Positions 1-12,339 are shown, numbered from the stretch's first letter. The stretch: 36,764 bases of DNA from Nemertoderma westbladi (GCA_032718475.1 JAUCBJ010001144.1:1-36764), one strand, 5' to 3'. Made by a program: numbers and translations. The notes: generated from the sequence alone by a model not told the origin.

Positions 1-252
1 TATTTAATGAAATGTAATTTTCAAAAAACGTCTCAAAAAAAGTGCCAAAAGTAGGGTTAAAAAATGGTGCTATAACTCGAAAACTACCCAATATTTTTGA
101 AAACGGTTTTCACTACTAGGAAGACAATCGATTTTTAGGAAAAGTCATAAAATTTCAGATTCCCAACTGGGTTTGTTTCAGAATTATAATAAAAAAACCA
201 CGGAGGGGGTCATACGGACCCCCCCCCCCCTCCCCGGGTTTAATAGGGTTAA
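1..252. mobile_element. Right end of a non-autonomous TTAA-type DNA transposon (piggyBac-like terminus)
   Basis: Ends in a C-run then ...AATAGGG|TTAA (242-252), the exact reverse complement of TTAA|CCCTATT at 6110. Confidence 0.5.
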
Positions 253-329
253 GCAGAAATGAAAGCCATGGGGATATCGATTTAACACCACATGGAGAAG
301 ATGGTTCGCTTGCGGCATGAGAGCTCTGT

Positions 330-795
330 CGCAGGAGGCAACGCGGCGAGAAGTTGCCCCGTTGGGCCGTCACTGTGTCCGTGTAAAGCCTCTTCTTCTG
401 GTCTTCGGCCAACTCGAGGACAGACATTGGAGTGCGACCAGCATATGGCCCGGCGCCAAGGTTTACAACCCGAATATCAACCAACGCCTGGGTCTTCAGG
501 TTTTGCGCACCCGGAATCCCCACGTCACACCAAGACCTGCTGCTTCGTCTACTCCCTGCTGTTCGCGGACCACCGTCTTGAGGGTGATGTTCCGGGGCCC
601 GAATGCGCGGCGCCGCGAGATCACTGACCACATCCCAGAGCTCAGTCTTTGGATTACGAGGCCACCTTTTTTACAATTTAAACTGTGGTTTAAATCGAAG
701 GCGGCCCCGCACCCGTCGCACCGACTCGGCACCGCCACCATGGGGCGGCCGTACCGGATCGCCTGCACATCCCGGAACTCCATTAACCTGCAGAA
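330..795 (-). mobile_element. CRE-like non-LTR retrotransposon fragment: Zn knuckle and restriction-like endonuclease, frameshifted
   Basis: [11 protein letters not shown]...[20 protein letters not shown] (CCHC), then VVRE, ALVDIRVVN...Y and ELAEDQKKRLY...RGNFSP across frames. Confidence 0.72.
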
Positions 796-1329
796 CAGTG
801 TAATACGTTAACTCATGACTATTCTTTTGATCTCTAAAAACAATAGTTGGCAATATCATTAGTTGTATTCAGTAGCTCTATATTCCGAGTTGTGGTCATT
901 TAAGGTGACGGATCTTGATGGTGACTTTCAAAATTTTTGAGGATCTTGTATTTTTGGTGTTAGCTGCACCCCAGAAAAGCACCATTTCTAGTCACTTTCA
1001 CAAAATTTAAAGATTTCCATTGCATTAAGCATATTCGAAAACCCCTGTAATATAGAAATTACGTGAAATTATAATGTTGGCATTGTTTTATCAGCACCTA
1101 TGCTTAATTTAGACTTTTGGCTGTTCAGTGTTTAGCAATATGTGTTAGATAAGTTATACATTCAATTTCATCTCCATTTAATGGAGAATTAAGATTTAAT
1201 TTATCTTCATTTAATAATTATTATCTCTTCAAACATAAATTATTATTAATTTAAATTTCCACCACCACCAAAATTTAATTTAGTAAGATTTTTACATCCC
1301 TCCACCAAACACTAGTCTAAAACTTGGAT

Positions 1330-1640
1330 TCAGTACTGGTCTTGGAGGTCAAACCCCCGCAGACCGGCACCGTCCCCAAACCCGAGCGCCCTCCATGGCT
1401 GCCTACCGCCACGCAGGCACAGGGAGTTAGAGCGCAGCAGCGCAAACAGTAGGTACCTCCGCACTCCGCCCAGCACACAGACGAGGCCTTGCTCACGCAT
1501 CCCATGCTGCCAGGCCACCAGGGTCGCCGCGATGTGGTGGATTAGGATATCGGCCTCCTTGCACCACACCCCGTCGGTGGTTCCGACTAGGGGGGTGAAG
1601 GAGATCCGACGATCCTCCCACACTGCGGCATAGTGTACCT
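1330..1640 (-). mobile_element. CRE-like retrotransposon, extreme C-terminal fragment
   Basis: RRISFTPLVGTTDG...EA...IAATL...VRRYLLFALLRSNSLCLRGGR matches the conserved FTPLV...CLRG.R tail of CRE ORFs. Confidence 0.72.
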
Positions 1641-1789
1641 TTATTTAATTTAATAAATTATAATTATTAATAGTTTATTGACTTTAATAATTAATAATGT
1701 TACTATTTGGAGGGCCGAGAGTATGAGATGTCTGAGAGGGCCTTATAAGATACCGCCGGGCTACATATTTTACTGCTCTCAGTTCATCA

Positions 1790-2700
1790 AAACTCTGTTG
1801 ACGTAATTTGAATGTAAACAACACATTCATGATCGCAGTATATGGAAAAAGTTCTTCAATTAATCGAAAACAGCATCATTAAGCCATTGCCATCTATCAT
1901 CATCTTGTCCTGGGCTGCATTATAATAGTTTTCTTTACCAAGACATTTAAGTTCAGCTTCACCCGACATAGGCATATGCAACCATGGCATGTTGTCTCTC
2001 ATAATGTTTTTGAGATAATCTCTGATTTCATTAGGATTTCTAGGTGCAAAAGATCGCGATCAGGATACAACTCCATCATAACTTCAGTGATGGCACTAGA
2101 AATAGACTGTTGGTCAAAAATACCTTTCTAAGCACTGCTGGTAGGGACATTATCAGTATCCTCTACAACGACCCTCTCAGAACTATTACCTTCCATTGTT
2201 TGTGTCTGCATACAAACTTTGTTGCAGAATTTTCGCACAAATTTATGGGTAAGAATTTTGCTGCAATATTTGCAAGTTCTCTTTGGTGTATCAGGCAAGA
2301 TTTTTATTGATTTATCACTCAGAGAAACATTACTGTTCTCTGATAAACTTTCTCTTTCAAGCCGGCGTTTATGCTTCATGCAATTTCTACAATACTTTAA
2401 ATTTACTTTATTTATCAGTGTTTTATTGCATTATACATACTAACAATATTTCTTATTTTGAATATTCAAACAGGGTCTACACTTTTGTACTTCCTTTTCC
2501 AACATGGTTGGAACAGCCTACAGTACCACAGGTAGCCCATGTAGAACGTTTGCTTTGTGGCACCCTCACAATAGTAGGCTCTTCTAACACAGGTTCATTA
2601 TCATCAGTTGAACTACTGCACTTCTTAGCAACAAACTTTTTCTTTTTCTAACTTTCACTTATTCGAGTCCCGTCTTCATTCCGGAGACTTGAAGTTGTCT
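1790..2700 (-). pseudogene. Degraded coding region: Cys-rich (CxxC) segment followed by a possible OTU-like domain
   Basis: TCKYCSK...FCNKVC; then, across a stop and frameshifts, SISSAI...EIRDYLKNIMRDN...DKMMIDG/QWLNDAV...LIEELF. Confidence 0.28.
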
Positions 2701-2739
2701 TATAAACTGACAAGTAGGTCCAATAATTATAAAAAAATA

Positions 2740-3041
2740 CCTTCTCAACTAAAATTTTGTGCTCTTTCTCGTGGAGACATCCAATTGGCACCACTGAGCA
2801 CAGAAATTTGCAGAAATTGAATGCAAACCCAAACTTCATCGCCTTTACCGATATCGCGATATATCGGAGCCAGTATCTTCTATCCATGATATCTCGAAAA
2901 CTAAGCAAGATATGGGAAAACGGTTTCCATATTTGGATTCAGCAAGAAATTCTGCATCAGATAGGATATGTTTCAAAAATTCGTATTTTTGGTCAGAAAA
3001 TGCGCTACCCCCCCCCCCCCCCCCCCCCCACCCCCCCTTAA
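2740..3041. mobile_element. End of a non-autonomous DNA transposon with a CC|TTAA terminus (Kolobok-like polarity) abutting the LINE
   Basis: Long C-tract then TTAA at 3038-3041, exactly where the LINE RT reading breaks off. Confidence 0.45.
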
Positions 3042-5054
3042 GAGAATATTGTGTTGTAAAGTATCGAAGGCTTTCTTAAGATCTATTGATATCAAACAGG
3101 CAGATTCTTGTAATTCTAGAATATTTTGTAATTTTTCGGTTACAGTCAGTATGGCATCTGTTGTTGTAGATTGTTTTCGAAATCCGTATTGGTATTGTGA
3201 GAGTATGGAATACTTGTCTAGATATGAGATTAGTTGGGAGTTGATTACGCGTTCAAAGAGTTTACTGAATACAGGTAATATTGATATGGGCCTGTAATTA
3301 TTTTTGTCAGTAGGGACGCCGGATTTAAAAACTGGGGTAATTTTAGCAGATTTAAGAGTGGATGGGAATGAACCGGTTTTAATAGAGAGATTTATCAGAT
3401 ATGTCAAATGTGGTGCAATATCGTACGCTGCTAATTTAACTAGAGTGATGGGGAAGCTGTCGTTAGTTGAACTTGAGTTATTGAGATCTAGTATGTTGTA
3501 AATAGTTTCAGTGTTAGAGGTTTCAACAAGTGAGAAGGAGTTTGGTTTTTTGTGGTTTATATAACGTATTGGGTTTCTGTTTGTTGTGGGTATCTCTTGT
3601 GCCAGTCGAGTTCCTATAGTAGCAAAGTGGTTGTTAAAAACACTGCAGATTTCCTCGGGGTTAGTAATTTCTTTATTATTTCCATTCTTATCAGTAATAA
3701 TTAGTTTTTTTGGTGAAGTTTTCGGTTTTGACCTGTTTAAAGCTGAATTTATTGTATTCCATGTTTTTCTCATATTATTTTTGTTTTTGTCGAATTCTTT
3801 TGCATAATATAATTTTTCCGCAGATTTTAGAGTTTTCGAAAATTTGTTACGGTATTTTTTATATTCCTTTAATTTTTCTTCTGTCGTATTTTTTGAGAGA
3901 GCGGCGTACATTTTATTTTTAGTTATTGACGATTTAATCAGTCCTATGGTCATCCATGGTTTTTTTGGTATTTCATTTTTTTCTAATTGTTTTTTTGGTA
4001 GGTGTTTACTCGTTATTTTTTCAAAATTTTTGTAAAATTCTTCAAATTTATTTTCAGTCATAATATTATCATTTTTATATGTCCACAAGCTGGTTTCTCG
4101 CAAATCGTTTAGATAGTTTTCTTTGTTAAATTTAGAATAGTCGTAAGTGTAACGTGTTTCAGGTGGGTTAAAAAAACATGAGTAATTTTGAATTGTAATA
4201 AATGTACCTAAGTGGTCAGTTGTACCTACTTCTGCAAGGAAAACACCGGGAGTTATTATTTTATCTCGTATATTTGTTGAAATGTGATCAAGTAGAGTTT
4301 TGGAATGGGGGGTTATTCTAGTTGGGACTTTAATTAGTTGTTCGAAGGAGTATGATTCTAAAACTTGTAGGTATTTAATAGCGTTGTTTGATTTTTTTAA
4401 AAGGTCTAAATTGAAATCGCCGGTTAAAATAACGTCAAGATTTTGAGTTGATAAATTATAAAGTAAATTGTTGACATTTTCTAGAAAATTATTTAGATCG
4501 CAGGAATCAGGGCGATAAATGTTGCCTATTAATATTGGTTTTAGATTTTTAGATTTTTTTGTTCTAGAAATACTAACCCAAGAAGATTCGCAGTGTTCAA
4601 TTGTAATATCTGTACGGTGTGTGTAGTCTAGTCCGTTTTTTAGGTATATGGCTGTCCCGCCCCTCTGACGTTTTCCGTATTGTCTGTTGTTAGTAATTGG
4701 TAGTGAGTATCCGTGTATACGTAGAGGAGTGAGATCAGTGTCGTCAGTTATAAATGTTTCGGTAAAAGAAAGTACGTCAAATTGCTTGTCAATGAGGTTT
4801 AGGTAGTCGTTGGTGGCACTAAAATTTTTATTAAGACTTCTACAATTTAGGTTATATATTGATATGGAGTTATCGTGTGGTAGATTATTAAATTTTGATT
4901 CTGAAAAATATTTTCCGTCTGTGTTATTGGAGTCTAAATTTTGGTCAGGGTCTATATTTTTGAATGTACTGTCGTATTCGTCGAAGTTATAGGGTAAGTC
5001 AAAGTTGTCATCATCTTTAACATAAAAAATATCGGTGTCACTAATATATCGGTG
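3038..5054 (-). mobile_element. CR1/L2-group LINE ORF2: complete AP endonuclease plus N-terminal RT, 3'-truncated
   Basis: Manual translation shows the frame is open from 5054, 317 codons upstream of the track's start: IDPDQN, NLNCRSL, FDVLSFTET, RGGTAIY, IGNIYRP, GDFN, PTRIT..SKTLLDH, TDH; then KPWMT, NYRPISIL, QYGFR, DLKKAFDT. Confidence 0.92.
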
Positions 5055-5554
5055 TCATAATATTCCGGCCTCATGTCCCTCTTCTTCACTAGGCCCATAC
5101 ATTGTATATGCATTCAGACACTGTAAAATAAATTAAAAACAATTGTTGCGCACGGGTCGGGTATGTTATAAATATAAAATGGACCTATCTACCTTGAAAC
5201 TGTATTGCTGAAATGAGCTGATCTGTATACTTACTTACCTCATAAATATTGCAGTTTCAGAAATATAATTATTTCACATTGAGTAACAATAATTCGCAAT
5301 TCGAATCGTATAGAAAATCGGTAGGGCCTATAACTTTCGGATCGAAAACATACACACACCTGCACTTCTGGCCGTTCTCATAGCCGTCACAATCACACCA
5401 GTTCCTATTTATCAGAAGTAAATCTGGTATCGAATCGTACTGTATCAAACAACAGGGGCAGATATCCGTTGATGAAACCCGTATATTGGCCTGCAATAAC
5501 GATACAAATTGTTAAATACAATTATTATAAAACAAATGTATTTGATACCGAAAT

Positions 5555-5660
5555 TTACACAATGCTGTGGCAATAACTTCAAGGTTATGGCACAAACAAT
5601 GTATATTATTATTCATAATTTTAAAACCAGCAATAGTTTCATGCTTTTAAAATTTTTGAA
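5555..5660 (-). mobile_element. Possible hAT-like transposase scrap (CxxH motif)
   Basis: IHCLCHNLEVIATAL; short and isolated. Confidence 0.25.
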
Positions 5661-5964
5661 TAAAACTTATTATGTGGTAAAAATGTCTTACTTCTCTTTG
5701 GGGAACTTTCTTCGGAGAAAACATTAGTATCGGTGGTGGAGGTCTGGAGCGCGGAGTGGACGTGGGTGTTGGTGTTACATGAGGTGTGCTGCTCGTAACA
5801 ATGGGGGTAGTTGTTGGACTCTCCACGGCATAGTGTAAGATATTAAATATAACGACATATTAATTTAATACCTCTGTATACCTTCCGCAACACACTGACC
5901 CCCCCCCCCCCCCCCCGCCCTCCTGCCCTGGCGTGAGTAAATTATATTAATGTTATAGATAACA

Positions 5965-6040
5965 TTAATAATAATAATAATAATATATATAATATAAATA
6001 TAATATATATTTATATTTATAATATTTATTTATATTTATG
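5965..6040. repeat. (TAA)n/(TA)n low-complexity tract
   Basis: Directly visible. Confidence 0.85.
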
Positions 6041-6109
6041 CGCCGTTCTGGGCATCTTTCAAGGCACTTAAAAATGTACCTAATCAAAACTACATTAAAT
6101 ATAAGACAT

Positions 6110-6215
6110 GTTAACCCTATTACAATTGGGTGGGAGGGGGGGGGGGGGGGGGGGGGCAGAATCGGCCCCTTCCTAGTTTTTAATTGCAATCCTGCAATCC
6201 AATTAGGCCTGGTTG
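6110..6215. mobile_element. Left end of a TTAA-type non-autonomous transposon, same terminus as 242-252
   Basis: TTAA|CCCTATT followed by a G-tract. Confidence 0.5.
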
Positions 6216-6310
6216 CTACGGCCTGGCCGTACTAGTCTATATTGATTCCAATTCAATATTTCTTAGAAGTACGTGCAGCCCCACTGGATGGCCTCTATGG
6301 TCGTTGATGG

Positions 6311-6847
6311 CTATTGGATGTTTGAAAAGCTGGGAGCCAAGTTTTTACCGCTCTGGTTCTGGATTGGTTCGGATGTGGCTGGGTTAGGAAGTTCTGGTTC
6401 GGGTGTGGCTGGTCTAGGTGGTTCGGGTGTGGCTGGGTTATGGGGTTCTGGGTCAGGTGTGGCTGGGCTAGAAGGTATGGTTGCCCGTATCACAACATTG
6501 GGAAAATCTGGCCCTGCTTCTTGGTACGGACAACAACAGTTGATCAATTTATTTACACAGTTTGTTTTGAGTTTGCAATCAACTAATTTAATATTAATGG
6601 AGAATAGCGCTATGTCATTGCGTCTTACTGATGCTATTGAACGTTTAATGTCACAAGGGAATGATGATATTCTACCCACGGCTGAAAAAACACTATTATC
6701 CACACGGTCAAATAAATCCGAACAATTGTAAACCATTCCATTGCAAAAGTATGGCATCTCCTTGGAAACTGTGTGAAACCATAGACAGAATCCAGACGCG
6801 GAATCAAGAGGAAAATTTTTCTTATGGGTTTTGGAACTTGTTTTCAC
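6311..6847 (-). CDS. Unassigned 178-aa ORF with Pro-rich PATPEP repeats
   Basis: Open frame; four copies of a core resembling GTTCGGGTGTGGCTGG at about 6365-6470. No recognisable domain. Confidence 0.25.
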   Translation of the reverse strand: MKTSSKTHKKNFPLDSASGFCLWFHTVSKEMPYFCNGMVYNCSDLFDRVDNSVFSAVGRISSFPCDIKRSIASVRRNDIALFSINIKLVDCKLKTNCVNKLINCCCPYQEAGPDFPNVVIRATIPSSPATPDPEPHNPATPEPPRPATPEPELPNPATSEPIQNQSGKNLAPSFSNIQ

Positions 6848-7786
6848 CAGTGCAGAATTGTCTGCTAATGTATTGATTTGGTATTGATTAGGCCAACTGT
6901 CTGAGGCCTTTCAGCCTGAGGCGCTTTGGGGCGTTTTACCGCTTTACCGTACCGGTCAGCCGGTACTGCTGTATGCTGTAGGTCTATCGAACCAGACTGC
7001 CAGACAGCCGGTACCTCAGTTCATTGTAGTGTCGAGTAGACCTACACTTCTTCTTACTTCTTCTTGTTCTTGGTACGGCTAGCGGTACCAGTACTCTGGT
7101 ACTGGCTACTGATATACTACCGGCAGACCACAGTACCTAGCCAGCTGTCTACATGACGCCTGCAGTGTATCATAGATATATAGATCTGTATTAAAACCAG
7201 AATATAGTACAGCAATAATAGTGAGGTAATTGGATATGGCTACCTCTAATAGTAGTACAGTTAGTTCCGAAGTTCCGGGTTCTCAAACTTCTGCAACTGT
7301 TGATGCTTTGGTAATACACGTTGGACTTCCTCCACTTCCACTATCGACGGTTCGCTATCCATCATATCTCGACACCTCTAGTTGCTCATAGCAACAAGGT
7401 ATAACAAGCTACTGCTTGTGACAGAGGCAAGGTATGAGGAGCATGCAACTTCTCTACGAGTGCCTCTTCTCCCTCTTACTTAAAAGCAGATTTACAGTCA
7501 TAATTTCCAAAAAAATTATATGATAATTTACGAGAATTTAAAAAGTTAAAAAGTGTGTGCGCGGACAATTTAAAAATGAAAACTACATGTAATTTTGGAT
7601 CCACAATAGTTTTGGCGGATTCTAACCGATTTTTTTGAACTCAGCGACATCGAAAACCTTTATAGAACATAAATATAGTCAATTACACATGTTTTTTATG
7701 ATTTGAAAATTTTAAATCTGGGCTCGGACGTGTCCAAAATGAAAACTGAAAACTGTTTTACCAATATAACTATTTACGGGGCAGCC

Positions 7787-8023
7787 GGCACAAGAGTTCG
7801 ATATTTATCAAGCCGATACCGAGAGCACGTTAATGCTATCGAAAAATCGGATACAGACCATACTGGTCTTGAAGAACACGTTTTATTGAACGATACATCA
7901 CACTCTTTTAATGAAAACAGTGTTTCTGTTATCAAATTAGTACATGATGTAAAGTTAGTACCAACTTATGAATCGATTTATATTCGAGCAAAAAAGGACA
8001 ATTTCGTCCCTATTAAAACATAA
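7787..8023 (+). mobile_element. Penelope-like element GIY-YIG endonuclease, C-terminal fragment
   Basis: T.RYLSSRYREH...I...HTGLEEH...HSFN...V.VI...YESIYI fits the Penelope R..EH...EH..H.F...E..I pattern. Confidence 0.65.
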
Positions 8024-9202
8024 GGCCCTAACTCACAAAATCATGTTTTGAGAAAATCGACGATTCTAAGTAATTCGCATACGTGCTTTCAGAAAATCGC
8101 ACTTTCAAAGCCATAGCATTAGCCATTCTCGAGATATTAAGCTTTGCATAACGCCCTAACTCCGCAATTTACACTGTTCGAATGGCAGCCAATATTTTTT
8201 CATAACGCCCTAACTCCCATCTACCATAGACATTACATAGTATCCACTCCTAACAACCAATCCAATAGTATTATTCATAGGAAAGCCGTTCAAAAACAAC
8301 GAGGGGTATTTAAAGTAGTGTTACGTGCATGGTAATGAGCCTTAAAGATTCTCCCATTCATCAAATTCAATCAGAGCTACTATGTGATTCCTACGCTCAT
8401 TCTGAAATATGCTATAACTGTTGAGACAGTGGGCTAGCCTCGCATCTGACCCATCATCTATTCCAAATGTTAAACATTTTTATTGATTATCCAGTATATA
8501 ATATTGTCATAATGTGCGATTGCCCAATGCAGTATTATTGTAATACAGCACAACATCATACAAATTGTCAGTAGCAATATTTTCGTGTACATTGGATAAT
8601 TCTGTAATTGCAGTATTTACTACTGCTGGTTTCTTGATTATTGGCCATAACCCATAGCATTATTTTGTACCAATATGTAGTATGCAACGATGTAGCTGCA
8701 TTCTTAAATGTAACATCTTAGTTTCTTCATTCCATGCAGACCCCCTTTAATCACAGGAGTTCTGATAATTTACCACTATCACAGTGGCATTTATCATTAT
8801 CACAGCGTCATTTTATTGCTATTGCATATTATATTTCATTGTCATTAAATACTATTATTGCATGTATTGTTTGGAGAATACACTGGAGACGAGATCACAT
8901 CACACTCTTTTCGATCTGGTGAGTGCCAACCGCAGCATTAATTTACAGACGGTCTCGGTTCAAACCCACTGTGTGTGTGTAAGCTTCCAGGTACTGAAAT
9001 ATTATCCCCCAACTAAGCAACTTATAATCACAATGTACAGCGATATGGCCATATGTGTAATGTGCATGCAACATGTACTTACCCTATACTAGGCCTCATA
9101 TAATGTCCTACCAGTAAGTCACACTTTATAATTCCAATTATTCACCAATTATTCATATAAACACAGCATAAAGGGGTAGTTTACATGTATATGACTATTA
9201 CT

Positions 9203-9700
9203 ACCAGATCTAGTTTACAACTACTACTACTACCAGGTCGAGCGAACTCGGACAGTGGAAATGAGATCCTTCCAGGCTTCCCGATTCTCCATAGTTGTTG
9301 CAATTTCGTTTCTCCCAAATTCAGTATCCCTTTCAAGTTGATCTATATATGTTATGGCTGGTCATCCACGACTATGCTTTCCATGAGTTGGTTGCCAGAA
9401 AAGTAGATCTGGTATGACCTCGTCTTTACTTCGCCAGCAGTGCCCACTGAATCTTAATCTGCATTCACGGAGGGTGGTTGATACAGGTGGTATTGTACCA
9501 TAAAGCTCGGCGTTTGTCATGTGTTGTCTCCAGCTGATGTTTAGGGCTGCCCTTAGTAGTCTTGTTTAGCAACCATCAATTCGTTGTTCAAGTGATTTAG
9601 TCAGTGTCCAGGTCTCACCCCCGTATCAAAATACACTTTCCACTGTGGCTCGAAAGAAGTTGGACCAGATCTGGTGAGTACACCAGATCTAGTTTACAAC
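9203..9700 (-). mobile_element. 5'-truncated RTE-clade LINE (family A) with (TAG)n tail and 19-bp TSD
   Basis: Near-identical to 22721-23163; TSD ACCAGATCTAGTTTACAAC at 9203-9221 and 9682-9700. Confidence 0.92.
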
Positions 9701-10789
9701 GCCCAAAATCTCCCTAGTCCAGAGTGATTGAATATATTGCCCGCTTTGTGTTCAATTTACATGAGCACCCATATCATGCGATAGGTACACCGAGGCAACC
9801 AGTGCTCACGGATTAATACCAGTGTTGGAACAGCACTAAGTGACATCAGGAGTAAGCTGGGGACAATTTGTAGTCAGCCTGTTAGAGAAAGCCTCCACAA
9901 TAACATGAGACAATCCAAACAGCAAAATATCATTGTTTCAGATAGTTCTCTATTCACCACCACCAAGATACTGATATGTTATATTTTATAGACTCATCGA
10001 CAACCGTGTCATCTTGGTGCAGTGGTAATTATTTACACGGATTCTGAGATCCCAAAGGATCTTACTTTCTAGGCATGAGTAATATCTATGAGCTCACACA
10101 CAGGGAGGATAGTTACATAAAGGTAAACTTAGGTAACTCGACGAGAATCTATAGCAACTTTTACTTTGGTGTGGTATCATTATGAGCTAAAGATTACAAA
10201 TTATAACAACTCACCATAATTCAGGTAAACTAAAAAATATGATCTTGCCCACCAGTATAACAATAAGGAGTTTGATAAGGAATTTAGATGGTGGACTAAA
10301 GTAAACTTAGGTGACTCGACGAGAATGAGGCGGATGTACTCACCCAAATGAATGGAAACCCGAAGGAAGATAAATTAGAGATGAAACTGAAATGTCTAGA
10401 TTATATTTTACAGTCACTTCAGATACTAACCAATTCCTCACTAAAACTCAGCTGCAATATCTGATAATGAATGGACTGGTTGTACATTGTACATGTACAA
10501 TGGTACGACTGGTAGAATGATTCATTTTGGTTTAAGTTTTAATAGTTTTAATTTATTACTACTTTTAGTTGGACACTGGTTGTGGTATTTTCCTCAATAT
10601 ATATAAACTTGAAAAACCTTGAAAAAGACTCCCTTTCTAAAGCGACATACTAACTAAACTCTACAGTATTAGGTGGGTTATCCAGCCTCAATAGGGGGGG
10701 ATGTCCTGTCCAGCCTCGATCACAAGCGTTATAAAGGCAAACTTTGTAACGATTCTTACTTGCTTCTTGCAAGCCTTCTTAAAAGAAAA

Positions 10790-10930
10790 ACGTAAAAAAG
10801 ACAAAAGTCAAATCACAAAAGTCAAAGACGAAAGTAAATAGACAAAAGTCAAAAGATAAAAGTCAAAAGACAAAAGTAAAAAAAAATTTTAAAATAAAAA
10901 GACAAAAAAAAAGATGAAGAAAAAAAAAAT
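10790..10930. repeat. A-rich degenerate repeat (AAAAGTC/AAAAGAC units)
   Basis: Directly visible; lies 3' of the helicase-nuclease ORF on the minus strand. Confidence 0.7.
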
Positions 10931-11098
10931 ATAATAACCTTGATAAAGCTTGCATTTATAAGGCAGAACTCTTAATTTTAAGTCTGAACAAGATGGGTAG
11001 GGTAAGTTTTGAAGGTTGCAAGTTTGGCATAGTTGCATAAGCTTAGGTACATTGAACATTGACATAGTAGTAGAAGAAGAAGTAACAAGACACAGACA

Positions 11099-12339
11099 CT
11101 ATTGGGACATTGGGATCTCGGCCTGCAAATCATCTTGAATGAACTCCTGGCATTGAACCATGGTGAGTTCAAATTGCTTTTCATTTCCATCTGCATCAAT
11201 ATAGACATCAGCATTATATTGACGCACAATCTCAATACCCATAGCGTATACCTGATCTCGTCCTTTAGTCATATCCCCACCTGCAGGACCTGTCTCAGCC
11301 ATGTAGTCTCAAATCTCTGACGGTTATCTGTATTGAGCTTACTCTTGGCGTCACCAGGAAACCCGTATACGAAAGCATACAGAGACCATGGATGTAAAAC
11401 AGGATTCTTTGTAAACTCCGAACCTGTTTTATTTTGATGACTCTGCAGTCTAACCTTCAGGTACTGAGTTTCACCAGTGTAATTCACATTAGGCAACCGA
11501 ATGCGGATGAGCATATACACAAATCCAATTTGTGCACCAGGGATTTCCCTAAAGAAGGGTCTGAATGGATGATAATGGAACATGATAGGTGCCTGAGGGG
11601 CCCCAAGAAGAATATTAAGACGTCTTAATAAATGGTCTATATAATCTTGATTTGGAGATTTCTTGCGAAGCAAGATACAGATACTATTGAAGGCTTCATC
11701 CATATTACCAACAAATGTAAATGGGCAGAGATATCGTACCCTTGATATTAAGGTTGTTATCTGGGTTTTTAGCCATAGCTTAAACTTACTCTTGGCATCA
11801 GATGAGATCTGCGTCGCTAAACTTGGAGCATCTTGACCTTGTATGGCATGTATTGTCCCTGCTCCAAAGTAGCGCACAGGAAACTGTATCCGCCTGCCAA
11901 GAAGACTACTTCCAAAACCTGTAGATGTTGGTGCACTTGGCCGTTGCTTAACTTTAGCCACGGGCCAGGTGTCCTCAACCTCTTCAATGCGACGACAACC
12001 TTTTGGAACAACAGCCAATTCCAATAAATCATCACAATCAGCAGGTACTGATTTGACAACAGACAATTGACCATTGGAAAATTGAGGTTGCCCAGAAAGC
12101 TGATTGTATGTAAACCGAAGGATCTGGTTTAGAAATAAAACCAAATCCATAGGTTCTCGACAAGATCTCGTTATTGAACTGATAATGCTGGGTGTGTTTG
12201 TCGTCTTCCATGAGCTAGTATTTGAGGCAGTAGCACTAACCTCATCATGGCCATCATAAAGTTTGCGGAGTCGATTTACGGGATAGTCAACGCAATTAAA
12301 ATGAATACCACTACAGGGAAATATCGACTCAAATATCAT
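11099..12339 (-). CDS. 5'-truncated PIF1-type helicase C-terminus fused to an SLX1-like GIY-YIG nuclease (probably from a mobile element)
   Basis: EP..LVL....RFTYN...FSNGQ (2B domain), RRIQFPVR...TIHAIQGQ (motif V), QITTLISRVR (motif VI); then FVYMLI...YTGET..LKVRLQSH...PW...VYGF...RFETTW. A likely frameshift near 11275 would continue to the stop at 11099. Confidence 0.8.

Noticed and set aside
99-118. 20-mer GAAAACGGTTTTCACTACTA shared with 26937-26956
   Set aside because: Most likely an internal motif of related non-autonomous transposons, not a separate system.
1626-5837. 12-mer CGGCATAGTGTA at 1626 and 5826, both at GC/AT boundaries
   Set aside because: The first copy appears to be part of the CRE coding sequence and the flanks are unrelated; probably chance.
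242-6120. TTAA-CCCTATT inverted pair as the ends of one element
   Set aside because: They face outward (right end first, left end second), so they belong to different copies.
10620-10790. Helitron 3' hairpin/CTRR end for the helicase element
   Set aside because: Only a short direct repeat (TCCAGCCTC, twice) and weak stems; no convincing terminus.
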